Of a DNA stretch of 21,909 nt, positions 20,412 to 21,909 are shown piece after piece. This DNA comes from Octopus sinensis (lineage: Eukaryota): positions 1 to 21,909 of the forward strand of contig NW_021823673.1 in assembly GCF_006345805.1 (NCBI RefSeq). Direction: 5' to 3'. A model generated the notes under the pieces. That model saw only the letters and a program-made list of their open reading frames with translations. It was not told the DNA's origin and did no database searches. Positions within the stretch are counted from its first letter, which is position 1, and every line of letters starts with the position of its first letter. The position numbers were made by a program, and so were the translations under genes.

Positions 20412-20450
<39 letters not shown>

Positions 20451-20560
20451 ATGTGTGTGTGTATGTATGTATGTATATGTATATGTATATATATATTCAT
20501 ATGGATATATATATAAATATATATAAATATATATGTATATATGTATACACACACACACAC
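20412..20560. repeat. (TG)n/(TA)n/(CA)n microsatellite region
   Basis: Direct reading. Confidence 0.9.
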
Positions 20561-20696
20561 AATTGTCACTAAATGTGACTAGCGTGTTAGAAACACTTAC
20601 ATTGCTATAAATAAGAGCTAAAATGCTCCGATGCTGTTGTCAACGCACATAAATGTAATCATATATACTAACAAGGACCTTAATCGTCCGAAAAAT

Positions 20697-20778
20697 GCCG
20701 ATCGTGAATTCTTGATACTGACGTCAGTTTCGGCAATTTCCGTTGCCTCATCAGTTAAGACTGGCTCGAAAGCTCGGC
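20697..20778 (-). ncRNA. Type I hammerhead ribozyme with intact catalytic core
   Basis: Minus strand TCTTAA / CTGATGA / GGCAA-CGGAAA-TTGCC / GAA / ACTGACGTCAGT / A / TCAAGA: all core nucleotides present, G10.1-C11.1 pair, GUA triplet, 6-position stem I with one A-C mismatch, and a possible stem I extension (GCCGA/TCGGC, TCG/CGA). Confidence 0.85.
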
Positions 20779-21659
20779 TCATTTCGGACTTGCTTCTCTT
20801 TTAGAATATATGTTTCCGTCGTATATTTGATTAATGAAAGAGACGGAAGATGGAAGATACGAGAATGTTTATTAATGACTACAATTGTTTCGGCTTATCT
20901 AGCATTGATCCCTCACGGGTGGGATACTTGACAACTGATTTGGGAGTATCTGACGGTGTAGATGTGTCTCTTCGAGTGATTACAAGATATATCTCATTAA
21001 AATAACGGCTATTGCGCAAGATGTCTTCTCAGTTTGTGTACAGAGAAGCAGCAAATTATTTTTATATAAGATCAATAATAATTAATAGATGCAAAAAGTA
21101 ACGAATACACAATACAGTGAAAAAAGTATTAAATATAACCGTTCACAGATATGGATATATAAACGCCCTTGCTTAGGTTGTGTGACACAAGTACACTCGC
21201 TTGTACAAACATGCACAAAGATATAAGTGTAAAGGCTCTGATTTCCAGTAACCAGAGTTGCTCGTTTCCGATGATTTACTGGTAAACCAATCCTGGTTTT
21301 CTTTTGAATATCCGCTGTCTGAATATTTTTTTTAAATATGAAGTGCAAGTTTGAAGTAAACTCTTTTCTTCACGTTCTTTCGTTTAAAAATCTTTGTGAA
21401 CGACACGTGCGAAAAAGACAGCTTCAGACACACACTTTTGATTTCATTTCTGGTTATCGTGGTAATATTATTATGTAGGTCATAAATCCCATGTAATCGA
21501 AGACGTGAAATTGGATTGCTATTTAAGCAATGTTCTAAAATAATACTTCTAAGTAATGCTTTCAATTGATAGATATCAGCGACAGAGTGCTTTTTAAAAA
21601 TAACAATGAGTATGTATGTGGGTGGTTATTTTGCAGGTGCCTGTGCAGGCGCATACATA

Positions 21660-21728
21660 TACACATATGTACACTCCTAAACACACATATATACACAGAA
21701 TATATAAATATATAACAGATATATATAC

Positions 21729-21759
<31 letters not shown>

Positions 21760-21760
21760 T

Positions 21761-21792
<32 letters not shown>

Positions 21793-21799
21793 ATATATA
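21660..21799. repeat. (TA)n-rich microsatellite region
   Basis: Direct reading. Confidence 0.9.
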
Positions 21800-21909
21800 C
21801 GAGGTCTGTTCAACAAATATCCGGACTGTTGCCATAGTAACGAAGCTAAAGCATGCTTGGTGATAACTATTAATATCCAGTACCGCTGCCGTAATCTCCT
21901 TTAGAGAGA
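21800..21909 (+). mobile_element. Left end of a probable mariner-type DNA transposon or MITE, continuing beyond the window
   Basis: TA|CGAGGTCTGTTCAACAAATATCCGGACT resembles mariner-subfamily TIRs after a TA target; the other TIR is not in the window. Confidence 0.6.

Overview
Repeat-saturated eukaryotic DNA with no supportable host gene exon. The SINE families and the (TA)n/(CA)n/(GATA)n density look like an Octopus (coleoid cephalopod) genome; this is recognition, not a database result. Nearly all listed ORFs are microsatellite or satellite artefacts. Contents: 11 tRNA-derived SINE copies built from shuffled head/core/tail modules, two non-autonomous Helitrons sharing a 3' end, an RTE-like internally deleted element, Penelope-like element (PLE) remnants including a decayed GIY-YIG endonuclease in tandem duplicate, a pentamer-based satellite with 50/55/80-bp higher-order periods, probable Tc1/mariner pieces and many microsatellites. 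The standout signal is a set of hammerhead-ribozyme motifs with palindromic stem III. One (20697-20778, minus strand) has an intact catalytic core and lies 164 nt downstream of a degenerate half-copy, a retrozyme-like arrangement. The others sit in PLE-like tails.
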